This document shows positions 1 to 10,174 of a stretch of 64,000 nucleotides of DNA, one piece after another. How positions within the stretch are numbered: the stretch's first letter is position 1; each line of letters begins with the position of its first letter. A program made the position numbers and the translations under genes. The notes below the pieces were generated by a model that made no database searches, was not told where the DNA came from, and was given only the letters and a program-made list of their open reading frames with translations. The stretch is from Eubacteriales bacterium (GTDB taxonomy: Bacteria; Bacillota; Clostridia; Oscillospirales; CAG-272). The DNA lies in assembly GCA_045632405.1 (NCBI GenBank), contig JAZQWO010000017.1, positions 12,512-76,511 on the forward strand. Direction: 5' to 3'.

Positions 1-655
1 GGCTATTAGTGGCGAATGTATGACGGAAAATTGTCAACGAAAGATACGGAATTCTTTTCCTAACACGAAAATATATAGTGTTTATGGTCTTACAGAGGCT
101 TCTCCTCGTGTTTCTTATGTTCCTTCTGAATTGATTGATACTTATCCTACATCGGCAGGAATACCGCTTAAATCGGTTAAAATACGAATTGTAGATGATA
201 ATGGAAATGATGTTCCAAAGGGAACGGTTGGTGAACTTCTTGTTAAGGGTGATAATGTAATGATTGGATATTACAAAGAGCCAAATAGAACTGCTAAAGT
301 GTTGAAAAACGGTTGGTTACATACTAAGGATTTAGCATATATAGATAAATCATCCGGGATGTTATATATAAAAGGTCGTAAGGATGGTATGATTATCAGA
401 GGTGGGATGAACATTTATCCGCAGGAAATAGAAAATGCACTAATGCAAGATAGCCGTGTTCAAGATGTGTTAGCTTATGGCGCAAAGGATAATGATGTTA
501 CAAGAATTGGTATAAAGATAAAAGGAAACTTTAACAACATAAAGGAAGTTAAAGAAATGTGTGTTAAATTGCTATCTACGTACCAAGTTCCAAATATAAT
601 TGAAATCGTTAATGAGATACCTAAAAATGGCTCAGGAAAAAAGATAAGAATTTAA
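1..655 (+). CDS. AMP-binding (acyl-CoA synthetase/ANL superfamily) enzyme, 5'-truncated by window edge
   Basis: YGLTEA, GELLVKG, WLHTKDLAY, GRKDGMIIRGGMNIYPQEIE and PKNGSGKK adenylation-domain motifs. Confidence 0.9.
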   Translation, partial: AISGECMTENCQRKIRNSFPNTKIYSVYGLTEASPRVSYVPSELIDTYPTSAGIPLKSVKIRIVDDNGNDVPKGTVGELLVKGDNVMIGYYKEPNRTAKVLKNGWLHTKDLAYIDKSSGMLYIKGRKDGMIIRGGMNIYPQEIENALMQDSRVQDVLAYGAKDNDVTRIGIKIKGNFNNIKEVKEMCVKLLSTYQVPNIIEIVNEIPKNGSGKKIRI

Positions 656-671
656 AAATTGAATATATGAA

Positions 672-704
672 AGCAGTTGCATTGTGATGGTGCAACTGTT
701 TTTA
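672..704 (+). terminator. intrinsic terminator
   Basis: CAGTTGCA..TGCAACTG stem followed by T-run. Confidence 0.7.
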
Positions 705-711
705 TGTACTG

Positions 712-745
712 AAAAACGCACACGGATTGCTCCGTGTGCGTCAAA
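712..745 (-). terminator. terminator of orphan Rhs/immunity cassette (copy 1)
   Basis: ACGCACACGGA-TTGC-TCCGTGTGCGT hairpin; near-identical copy at ~2996-3023. Confidence 0.75.
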
Positions 746-841
746 ACTATTTAGTTTTTTATTTGTTTTTGCAGGACACTAATTATCTTTTTGTTGTAGA
801 CAAGGAACCGTCATTTGTCCCCTGCCACCGTCCCCTGTCCA

Positions 842-873
842 TGTTTTTTGTGAACTAAATGGGGTTCACTTCA
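842..873 (-). mobile_element. IS3-family-like terminal inverted repeat remnant
   Basis: TGAAGTGAACCCCATTTAGTTCACAAAAAACA; 30/32 identical to 53542-53573. Confidence 0.5.
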
Positions 874-1192
874 TCTTGTCTCCATTGTTTTCAGCACTTT
901 TATCTACGATAATTCCTGTTGCAACCAATTTAAAACCTTCATACAACATGAATTTAATTCCAGGATAAAGATTTTTTGGAGCCTTTTCGGAAAGGTATTG
1001 GATTTTGCAAATGGTCTTAAAGGTATCAATTATCTGCGTATCGCTAATAATGATGCTCCAACACTCTTTTTGTGGGTCAAATACATTTCCTTCCGTAATA
1101 ATAATTGGACAATATTTGTTGCCTGATGGTAATTTTTTGCGACCACCTTGAGTAGCAGGAAGCCATTCTATTTTTGCTACATACATATCCAT
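866..1192 (-). CDS. putative immunity protein resembling EF-Tu domain III
   Basis: directly follows orphan Rhs-CT; QGGRKK..YCP and KFMLYEGFKLVATGII resemble EF-Tu EGGRHT..YRP and RFAIREGGRTVGAGVV. Confidence 0.6.
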   Translation of the reverse strand: MDMYVAKIEWLPATQGGRKKLPSGNKYCPIIITEGNVFDPQKECWSIIISDTQIIDTFKTICKIQYLSEKAPKNLYPGIKFMLYEGFKLVATGIIVDKSAENNGDKMK

Positions 1193-1208
1193 TTAATAAA
1201 AATTCTCC

Positions 1209-2979
1209 TTAAAAAAATTTGATATTGGTAAAAACAGAGTTTAAGAAATCAAGGTCGGAAAAATAATATGCTGGTCCGATACCATCAAGTCTATACTTAA
1301 AATATTCAACACTTGAGTGAGATAAAGCAGATTTCGGAATTCGTATACTAATGAGTTTATTTGAGCCAAGTTTGACACCCCATTGAGATGCGTGAATTTT
1401 TTTTGTTGCAAAGAACTTGCCTTCCATTTGACCTGCTCCTTCACTAAACATTTTGGTTTTTGAAATACTATTTGCTTCTGCCGAATTTACAGCACGGAAT
1501 AATTTTGTAGTTGTTAAACCTTTATAGAGCTGTCCACCTAAAAAACCACCAACAATGTTTCCAATTGCAGAGCCAAAGGTAAAACTACCACCAAGAGCTT
1601 CACTAATATAACCTCCAGCAATTCCAAGTACACCTGAACCTATCATACTTGCACCGATAGAAGCGAACGGAGTAAAGCAGAGAGCTATTCCTCCTATGAT
1701 ATTTAACGCATTTGTGACAATACTTGCTACTTTGCCATCAACACCAGCGGCATCCATTGTGTTAGAAATGAGTCCAGAGGCTCCAGCTACTATCAAACCT
1801 ACGCCGAATACTTGGCCACCTGGGATAATACAAAGAACAATTCCTGCTACTAGAGCAATTCCAGATACAAGCCATTCCCACCAAGCCGGAGAACAACCAT
1901 TATTATCAGCCATCATAATCGGATTATTCAAACAATAAGCATAAAGATTTAGACCGTTAATGTTTTCTGGATCAAGATATGAAATATCATCAACATTGAT
2001 AAATCTACCGATCTGTGGGTCATAGTATCTTGTCTGTAAGAAATACAAGCCTGTTTCGGTATCATAGTAGTATGAACGGTATCTGATTGGGTTAACACTA
2101 CTTAAACCAAAGTCAGTGTAATCTGTTACAGTATGATTACCCCAAGCATCGTATGTATATTTTACCACAGTTGTGCCTGTTGTGTCAAGAATTTCAATTA
2201 TATTTCCAAGTAAATCCTTCTTGTAGTAATATACTTCACCATTATATGCAAATGCAATAGGTGAAGAATTTTCATCATAGAAATACTCAATACCGTTAGA
2301 CTGTGCGAACAAGCGGCCTTGACTATCATAAATATACGAAATATTGTTCTTCTTAATTCGCTTACCTTCAGCATTATAATCAAAGGTATTTGAACCAAAT
2401 GATGTAAGTCTTCTGCCAAAACGCCAAGTTAATGTATTTCCTCTGTATGTTGTTGGGTTGCCTATATCATCATATTCAAATACTTCGCCATTGTATGAAA
2501 CAAGCTTTTCTCCGCTATATACATACTCAAATACCTCGCCTGTGGCTTCCTTAACAAAATCGTCATCCTTTAATGTGAAAGCATATTCAGTTCTTGTTAC
2601 AATATTGCCCTTATTATCATATGAGAATACAAAGGTCTTGTCAAGCTTCTTGTTATTTTCTCTTACAAGTCTGCCTAATGCGTCATACTTATACTCAGTT
2701 ACAAACTGTCCGTTTTCGTATACCTAACAGATATTGCCCATTTCGTCATACTTGTACTTAATTCTATCCTTTACAACGAAGCCACTTTCTGTATTCTTGC
2801 CATAGCTAATAGTGAGCGGCATACTTGTTGCGTGGTCTCCGTGCTTAAGGTATGTAATATCCTCTGAATATATCTTAGTGCCAAGCCAAGAAACTGTCTT
2901 TCCTCTGTTTCTGCCAAGACAGTCAAGCTTTGGCTCAATTCTTGTAGAGCCTGCACAAGTAAATGCTTTCAACTTTTGA
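1209..2979 (-). pseudogene. orphan Rhs core + C-terminal toxin (TM helices + ART-like domain)
   Basis: about 1 kb near-identical to the main Rhs core; begins abruptly with no real start; in-frame TAG at 2724-2726 where the main gene has GAG; RYYDPQIGRF..NLYAYCLNNP core. Confidence 0.85.
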
Positions 2980-2995
2980 TCGCTTTCGTTACATT

Positions 2996-3023
2996 AAAAC
3001 GCACACGGATTGTTCCGTGTGCG
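2996..3023 (-). terminator. terminator of main Rhs/immunity operon (copy 2)
   Basis: CGCACACGGA-TTGT-TCCGTGTGCG hairpin with A-run on + strand. Confidence 0.75.
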
Positions 3024-3172
3024 CCAAACAATTAAGTTTTTGTTATGATTGCACATAACATTCACAATTTATTAATGCCATAAAGCAGCCTTGCCAAATT
3101 GTTAAGCATTATCTGTTACTATAGATATTTCACTATCAATTATTAAACCCGAAAAATTCTTTTATCTATAGT

Positions 3173-3691
3173 TTAATTAGAATTTTGCAAATAACTCGCA
3201 ATTTTTTGTAAAATGATTTTGTTTCTACTGTATGGAGATTCTTTCAAAATCTTTATTTTTTTCGGTTCAAAACAAAGTAATAATTCCGTTCGTTTTTCTG
3301 TTAACATCATATAAAATCCTTTACTTTTTATGGATTTGGATTCTATCTCTTCTTCTGAAAGATAATGATCATCAAAATACACATAATAATCAAAAGAATT
3401 TCTTGCAATATTAGGTTTGGAGTAAGTAACTGTAATATATACATCATCCCAATCATAACTTTGCTTGTTGTGACAAACTATTTTCTTTGACACTTCAATA
3501 AAATTCCAATATTTATGTTTAAGATAATAAATCATAATCATACTAAACACAAGCGAAAATGCAAATAAACCTATTGCCGTAATAGAAGGCAACAACATTA
3601 CTCCTAACAAAAAAGTTAAAAGAATTTCAAATGCAATAGTAAAAATAATAATTCTTCCGTTTGGTATGGTATTTATTTTTTTCACTTTCAC
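3173..3691 (-). CDS. putative membrane immunity protein for main Rhs toxin
   Basis: directly downstream of Rhs; two N-terminal TM helices. Confidence 0.65.
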   Translation of the reverse strand: MKVKKINTIPNGRIIIFTIAFEILLTFLLGVMLLPSITAIGLFAFSLVFSMIMIYYLKHKYWNFIEVSKKIVCHNKQSYDWDDVYITVTYSKPNIARNSFDYYVYFDDHYLSEEEIESKSIKSKGFYMMLTEKRTELLLCFEPKKIKILKESPYSRNKIILQKIASYLQNSN

Positions 3692-3712
3692 AACTCCTAT
3701 CTCCTATATAAA

Positions 3713-6700
3713 TTACTTGGACATTAGTGCATTAATGATTATATCTGTTGCAAAATTTTGCGCTGAAAAAACAAATGAAAATAATACACTGGCTATAGAT
3801 TCAATGGTCTTGCTAGCTAATTCGTTTTTTACTGCATTAAACATACCATTACAAGAGCGCGCAAATAAACCAGCTGTTAATCCAGCTAAGGCAGCTTTAA
3901 ACAAAGAACCCATCCCTGCTTTTTCTCCATTGATTCTATCATTTATTAAAGACATTCCAGCAGCTCCAGCAAATGCTGCCCAGCTAGAAACACCCCCTAA
4001 TGCTCCAACAAACATTCCAGTAAATGCACCTTGTAAAACATTACCTCCGCTAGCTAGTGCATTAATAGCGCCAAAGGCAGCACCAAAAACTGCTCCTGCA
4101 ATTACACCAGCGATAACAGTTCCAGCTCCAAAAGTCACAACACTAATAACAATAGCACCTATTACTAGTCCTACACCTAAGATAATATCCCAGTTGTTTT
4201 CAAAAAATGTTCCAATTGGCTTAAGAACATTATTATTCACCCATTGACCCGCGGCAGAAAAGGCATTACCAATACTTTTGAATATTCCACTCCAATCCCA
4301 TGTAAAAGGATTCCACCAGTCGCATCCGCATGCATCTATTCTTGTTATAGGATTATTACCACAGTAAGAATATAGATTTAATCCGTTAATTGTTTTAGGA
4401 TCAAGATAAGAAATATCATCAATATTGATAAATCTTCCAATCTGTGGGTCATAGTACCTTGTCTGCAAGAAGTACAAGCCTGTTTCGGTATCATAGTAGT
4501 AGGAACGGTATTTGATTGGGTTAACACTACCTAAATCGAAATCAGTGTAATCTATAACTGTATGATTACCCCAAGCATCGTATGTATATCTTACCACAGC
4601 TGTACCTGTTGTGTCAAGTATTTCAATTACATTGCCAAGCAAGTCCTTTTTGTAATAATATACTTCGCCATTATATGCAAAGGCAATAGGCAATGAACTT
4701 TCGTCATAGAAAAATTCAATACCATTAGACTGTGAGAACAAACGACCTTGACTATCATAAATATATGAAATGTCATTTTTCTTAATTCGCTTACCTTCAG
4801 CACTATAATCAAAGGTATTTGAACCAAATGATGTAAGTCTTCTGCCAAATCTCCAAGTTAATGTATTTCCTCTGTATGTTGTTGGGTTGCCTATATCATC
4901 ATATTCAAAGGATTCTCCATTGTATGAAACAAGCTTTTCTCCGCTATATACATACTCAAATACCTCGCCTGTGGCTTCCTTAATAAAATCGTCATCCTTT
5001 AATGTGAACGCATATTCTGTTCTTGTTAAGATGTTACCCTTATTGTCATAAGAGAATACAAAGGTCTTGCCAAGCTTCTTGTTATTTTCTCTTACAAGTC
5101 TGCCTAATGCATCATACTTATATTCAGTTACAAACTGTCCGTTTTCGTACGCCTCACAGATATTGCCCATTTCGTCATACTTGTACTTGATTCTATCCTT
5201 TACAATAAAGCCGTTTTCAGTATTATTACCATAACTGATAGTAAGCGGCATATTTGTTGCGTGGTCGCCGTGCTTGAGGTATGTAATATCCTCTGAATAC
5301 ACCTTAGTACCGAGCCAAGAAACTGTTTTGCCTCTATTTCTGCCAAGACAGTCAACCTTTGGTTCAATTCTTGTAGAGCCTGCACAAGTAAATGCTTTCA
5401 ACTTTTGAGTTTGCTCATCATATTCGCATGTTGTTGTATCTGTTCTTCCGTTATTAAATCTAACAGTTCTTTCAGTTACATTACCGTGTGAATTGTATGA
5501 ATATTCTTCTTCAAACGGTAAGGATGAGCCAAATGTTGCCTCTCTACTGTAAGATGTTACCCTGTCCTGTTCATCATACTCATATTCACTGAATACACAA
5601 TCATTAACAGAGCTATCCATCTTTTTAATTACTCTGTGCTTATCATCATACTCGTTTGTAATATTAAGCTCTATCTGACTTGCGTTTGGATCAAGAAGCT
5701 TTGTTCTGTTTTCTACCACTAAAGCATCATAATCATAAGGCCTCTTATTTACAGATAACACATTACCGTCAAGATCCTCGGTTACAGTGACGTTATCACC
5801 ATTTGCATATGTGGCTGTAACCTTATTTACTGTTTTACCGTTTTCTGTAATTCTATCCTCATAGGAATAAGAAATATGGAGCTGACCGTTAATAGATACA
5901 GAGGTTTCTCTGCCCTTATGGTCGTAGGTATATTCATATACATTATCGCCACTAATTACCTGAGTTAACAAGCCATTAGTATAAAACCTTTGTGTGCTGT
6001 TTTCTTCTCCATCCTCTGTACTCATTGTGATAGAGTCTTGTCCGTTTTCAGGACTAAAGCCGTAGGATAGCTTACTTCCGTTTGGCGAAAGCTTGCTGCA
6101 AACAGTATTTGTGCCTGCCAAATATTCATAGGTTGATTTGCATTTGCCAAGCACATCAAGCTCGCTTATTACCTGACCTATATCGTTGGTTTCCTTTTCG
6201 GTATATAGCTTTGAGGACGTATCTAATGTATTGTACTTTATTGACTTTATTTCATAGCCCTTTTCGTTATATACATATTCCTCAATATCAATTCCGTTTT
6301 CTGCTTCCTTGCCTACCTCATAGCTTTGCTTCCTTACTAATCTGCTGGCACTGTCATATTCCATTGTTTGTACAACTGATGTGGTTTCAGTTTCATCCAC
6401 AGTCTTGACTTCAACCTTTACTACTCTGTCGCTTTCGTCATAAGTATAGTTGGTTGTTACTAATCTCTTAGACCCATCAACTTGAATGTCAATTTCCTTA
6501 ACAACCTTATTATATTCATCAAGTAGCTTTAACTTGTGATTGTTAACAGCTGTTTCCACATTTTGAATTGTTTCCACATCTACTGTTTCCACAGGAAATA
6601 CAAAATTGTCATAAGCGTATTTCTCTAATACAGATTCATTTGCCGACTCGACATTCATATGACCAAAGGCTACATACTCATATTTTTCTGCTTTTGTAAC

Positions 6701-9700
6701 TTTATTTCCTATAATTTCATAGTATTCACAAATATTTTCCGTTTCAGAATCAAAGATATAAACGAGCTTGTCACCATAATTGTCTGTTATAGTTGTAGTT
6801 AAAAGATCGTATTCTAATGATACTTCTGACAATTTTTCTGGCGTTTCAAAACGTTCAACTACATTGTGGCCAACAGATTTAATATTGGTGAACAATGCAA
6901 TTGATTGAGTTTTGTATTCAAAATTGCGAGTTATTTCTGCATATTTATCATCTGATGATACAGTTTCAACATTATCAATTCTTTCAAAAGAAACTGAATG
7001 ACCGTCTGCAAATGTAACCTTCTTAAGAATTCCTACATATACAGTTTTTAAAATGTCATAATCAAATGTTACCTTGTTGCCAACTGCATCTACAATTTCT
7101 GTAAGAAGCTGTCTATCATCATAGAAAAACTTAATTTCCCTCTCGTTTTCGTCATACACTCTTGAAATGCGTGTGTATGTACCCAAATCGTAATAATTAT
7201 ATTCAATAGCGATGTAACCACCGTTATTCTTATAAACTACCACAAGATCTCCGTTCTCGTTAAATCCTTTAGTAACATTATCACTAGTCAAGTAATTAAC
7301 CGGAATTTGAAGCTTGAGCTTTTTAAGTTCTTCAACAAGAGAATGATATTCTTTTGCATAGCTTCTAAACTGTGTTCTGTATTCATCATCCTTTGAGAAA
7401 AGCTCTTCAATCTGCTGTGTAACACTATCATTATATGGAGTGTCTATAGATAACTGCAATTCAACAGAATCAATATTTTCTTCAAGTGACTGCAACTGTA
7501 AAAAGAGTGATCTGAGCTGTGCTGCCTCTCCTTTTGTTAGTACATATAACGAATTTCCATTTTCATCATTATATTTGTCAGTTATACGTTTTATTGTTGT
7601 TTCAGAAACAGTTAAGTACGGGCTGTAAGATGTAATTGATATCTGATCAACAATTTCACCATTTCCGTTAACCAAAACATAGTTTACTATTTGATTAATG
7701 TATGTGATATTATAGTTTTCACTTTCAGCCTCAATTTTTTCATACTCCTTTCTCCTTCTGTAATCAAGTTCTTTCAAACTATTCATTTGATCTTGAATAG
7801 CATTAACCTGTTGCTTTTCGTTTTCAATAAGGGAATAGTTATATATTTCATCCTTTTCCTTAGTATTCTCATCTTCTTGATCTTCTATAGTGATTTCCAA
7901 ATTATTCTTTTGTAAATATAATGATCTATATTGAAGAGCCTCGCCGGTTGTCAATGCATATTTACCATCTTCCGAATCGTCTGAAGCCAACGATGCACCA
8001 CTAATAATTTCGCCATTTTCATTAATCACAACATAATCATCTAAAACATGAGCGTAATAAGCGCAAGCATTTCTCCTTCCATAGAACGCATTGCTCATTT
8101 CTGCTCTTCGAGTGGCATCCAATTGAACCTCTTTCAATGTGTTCATTTGTTTGATCACATCATTTTTCTGATTATTCAATGTCTCCAACTGGGATTCCAA
8201 TATTAACTTTTTTTCATCATTGCTTTCCTGTTCAATGGCTTCTCGTTCTTTTTGCAACATTAATGAACTTAATGAAAGTGCTTCATTTTTTGACATCATA
8301 TTACCTGTTGAATAAGCAAATCTATGGGTTTTCCAGCTAAGCTCAGAAGGAGATATTGTTTCACAAATTTCTCCATTTTCATCAACTACAACAAAATCAG
8401 TTAGAGCATTTTTATAGTTCTCGATCTGCTCTTCAAGTTGCTTTTGTTCATCAATTCTTTGCTCTATCGTATGTAAACCATTCATATTTTCAAGAGTTGT
8501 AACCGCTTTAAGACCGTTATGCGTATAAACCTCTCTATATGCTCTGCGAACACCCTCATCAGACATATAGTACATTATTCCACTTGGCTCTACATTAACA
8601 TATGGTTTTTCAACAGTATGTTTAACACCATTTTTATCGAGATAATAAAAATGCTCATTAAACAAATGTTTTTCACCCATCTCATCTGTGTAGATATAAT
8701 CTATAATTGGTGAGTCTGTTTCCTGTCGTTCCAATTTTTCATGAAGGTTCAATCGTACACTGTCTCCACAGCAAAAATCGTGATTTCCGTTTTTTAGCAC
8801 GTGCGAAATTTCAATACCCATTACATCATCAACTACATCAGTAAAGGTTTTTACTGTTTCTCCGGTAAGCAGATCTACATGTGCATCTACTCCACCAACT
8901 AAACACATACTTTTCTTTGTAGGAATTCTATTTATATTGTCAACATAATTTATTTTTATTGCAGGTGCATTTTCACCAGTAGCATAAAATTTAACTTCTT
9001 CACCAAATGTTACACTATCTAAATATTCAACAATTACTCTAATTTCTGTTTTTGCCGTTTTCAATGCAGTGGATAGGGGCAATAAAATACTGTCACATCC
9101 ACCGGGAATTTTACCCTTTGAAACCAACGTACCGTCAGCATATACAGAAATAGAAAGTTTATTGGCAACCGTTGTTTCCAATGGCGTTATGTACAGTGTA
9201 GCATCAGCAATATTGTTAGCACATAAATCCATCTCATCACGGCTTATGATTATTTCAGATGTGAGTGTTTCGGTAGAACTCTTATATACTTTCAAATAAT
9301 TGCTTACATTTATGTTAGTGGTAACGGTATTTGTTCCCGAGCTACTCTTTACTGATTGCACTATATTATACTTAATTATTTCATCGTTTGATGTTACTAA
9401 CTGAGGGTCAATAATAACAGGGAACTGTCTTTCGGCATCATTAATCCAAGTTTCAGAAGCAACCACATAAAATACGCAGCCCTCATTTTCTGTTTCTTCG
9501 ATTTCATAACATACGTCTGTTGATGTTGCATTATTTGCATCATACATATATGGTGAAGGAATAGTAAATTCCAACTTATCAGTTTTTTCAGAGTATAATT
9601 CAATCTTTGTGTGATCCTCTGACGCCTTCATTTTTAAGCCATTAAGCTTAAATGCGAACTTGAATTTATATTCTTTTTGCTTTTCCTTAACAATAATGTT

Positions 9701-10162
9701 TTCCTTTACATTATTGCCCTGCATAATATATTGAATATCTACTCCGTCGTCTGCTTCTTCATATAAAGCATCACTGCCTACAATAATATCTTCGTTGTCT
9801 GCCTTTCGTGTTTTAACCTTCATGTTGGGCTTTTTTGTGTTCGTCGGATTTTTGCCTTTTTTCTTTGGCTTTTCCATGCCGAGGTATTCCCAAGCAACTG
9901 ACACATCCTTACCTAACACATCAATTCCTTTATTTTCTTTTGAAATCTTTGCTTGAAAATTACCTAAATTTCCCTCGTAGCAATTTTCCTTTTCTACAAG
10001 AGAGTTATCTGTGTGCTTCCATTTTTGCTCTTTTTCATCAAAATAATTGATATTACCATTAGAAATCACACACTCCGTTGTACCGTCATTTTTACGGTAA
10101 TGTCGTTCATTCTTCTTGGTTCTTCTTTCAATTTCACCAAGAATTGTCTTTTCTTTATTCAT
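3713..10162 (-). CDS. large Rhs/YD-repeat polymorphic toxin (WapA-like N-terminus, hydrophobic Gly/Ala-rich C-terminus)
   Basis: YD repeats, Rhs core, PITRIDACG cleavage-site variant, FPVIIDP motif; no signal peptide seen. Confidence 0.92.
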   Translation of the reverse strand: MNKEKTILGEIERRTKKNERHYRKNDGTTECVISNGNINYFDEKEQKWKHTDNSLVEKENCYEGNLGNFQAKISKENKGIDVLGKDVSVAWEYLGMEKPKKKGKNPTNTKKPNMKVKTRKADNEDIIVGSDALYEEADDGVDIQYIMQGNNVKENIIVKEKQKEYKFKFAFKLNGLKMKASEDHTKIELYSEKTDKLEFTIPSPYMYDANNATSTDVCYEIEETENEGCVFYVVASETWINDAERQFPVIIDPQLVTSNDEIIKYNIVQSVKSSSGTNTVTTNINVSNYLKVYKSSTETLTSEIIISRDEMDLCANNIADATLYITPLETTVANKLSISVYADGTLVSKGKIPGGCDSILLPLSTALKTAKTEIRVIVEYLDSVTFGEEVKFYATGENAPAIKINYVDNINRIPTKKSMCLVGGVDAHVDLLTGETVKTFTDVVDDVMGIEISHVLKNGNHDFCCGDSVRLNLHEKLERQETDSPIIDYIYTDEMGEKHLFNEHFYYLDKNGVKHTVEKPYVNVEPSGIMYYMSDEGVRRAYREVYTHNGLKAVTTLENMNGLHTIEQRIDEQKQLEEQIENYKNALTDFVVVDENGEICETISPSELSWKTHRFAYSTGNMMSKNEALSLSSLMLQKEREAIEQESNDEKKLILESQLETLNNQKNDVIKQMNTLKEVQLDATRRAEMSNAFYGRRNACAYYAHVLDDYVVINENGEIISGASLASDDSEDGKYALTTGEALQYRSLYLQKNNLEITIEDQEDENTKEKDEIYNYSLIENEKQQVNAIQDQMNSLKELDYRRRKEYEKIEAESENYNITYINQIVNYVLVNGNGEIVDQISITSYSPYLTVSETTIKRITDKYNDENGNSLYVLTKGEAAQLRSLFLQLQSLEENIDSVELQLSIDTPYNDSVTQQIEELFSKDDEYRTQFRSYAKEYHSLVEELKKLKLQIPVNYLTSDNVTKGFNENGDLVVVYKNNGGYIAIEYNYYDLGTYTRISRVYDENEREIKFFYDDRQLLTEIVDAVGNKVTFDYDILKTVYVGILKKVTFADGHSVSFERIDNVETVSSDDKYAEITRNFEYKTQSIALFTNIKSVGHNVVERFETPEKLSEVSLEYDLLTTTITDNYGDKLVYIFDSETENICEYYEIIGNKVTKAEKYEYVAFGHMNVESANESVLEKYAYDNFVFPVETVDVETIQNVETAVNNHKLKLLDEYNKVVKEIDIQVDGSKRLVTTNYTYDESDRVVKVEVKTVDETETTSVVQTMEYDSASRLVRKQSYEVGKEAENGIDIEEYVYNEKGYEIKSIKYNTLDTSSKLYTEKETNDIGQVISELDVLGKCKSTYEYLAGTNTVCSKLSPNGSKLSYGFSPENGQDSITMSTEDGEENSTQRFYTNGLLTQVISGDNVYEYTYDHKGRETSVSINGQLHISYSYEDRITENGKTVNKVTATYANGDNVTVTEDLDGNVLSVNKRPYDYDALVVENRTKLLDPNASQIELNITNEYDDKHRVIKKMDSSVNDCVFSEYEYDEQDRVTSYSREATFGSSLPFEEEYSYNSHGNVTERTVRFNNGRTDTTTCEYDEQTQKLKAFTCAGSTRIEPKVDCLGRNRGKTVSWLGTKVYSEDITYLKHGDHATNMPLTISYGNNTENGFIVKDRIKYKYDEMGNICEAYENGQFVTEYKYDALGRLVRENNKKLGKTFVFSYDNKGNILTRTEYAFTLKDDDFIKEATGEVFEYVYSGEKLVSYNGESFEYDDIGNPTTYRGNTLTWRFGRRLTSFGSNTFDYSAEGKRIKKNDISYIYDSQGRLFSQSNGIEFFYDESSLPIAFAYNGEVYYYKKDLLGNVIEILDTTGTAVVRYTYDAWGNHTVIDYTDFDLGSVNPIKYRSYYYDTETGLYFLQTRYYDPQIGRFINIDDISYLDPKTINGLNLYSYCGNNPITRIDACGCDWWNPFTWDWSGIFKSIGNAFSAAGQWVNNNVLKPIGTFFENNWDIILGVGLVIGAIVISVVTFGAGTVIAGVIAGAVFGAAFGAINALASGGNVLQGAFTGMFVGALGGVSSWAAFAGAAGMSLINDRINGEKAGMGSLFKAALAGLTAGLFARSCNGMFNAVKNELASKTIESIASVLFSFVFSAQNFATDIIINALMSK

Positions 10163-10174
10163 TATTTTTCTCCT

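Noticed and set aside
1209-1500. Naming the orphan toxin TreTu
   Set aside because: Only a generic ART-like pattern is visible; family assignment needs an HMM or structure search
2724-2726. Amber readthrough or alternative genetic code
   Set aside because: Single TAG in a start-less orphan module; TAG is an ordinary stop in other genes here (e.g. 16931, 24193)
1930-5408. Diversity-generating retroelement TR/VR pair
   Set aside because: No reverse transcriptase, and differences are not adenine-specific; explained by Rhs orphan duplication
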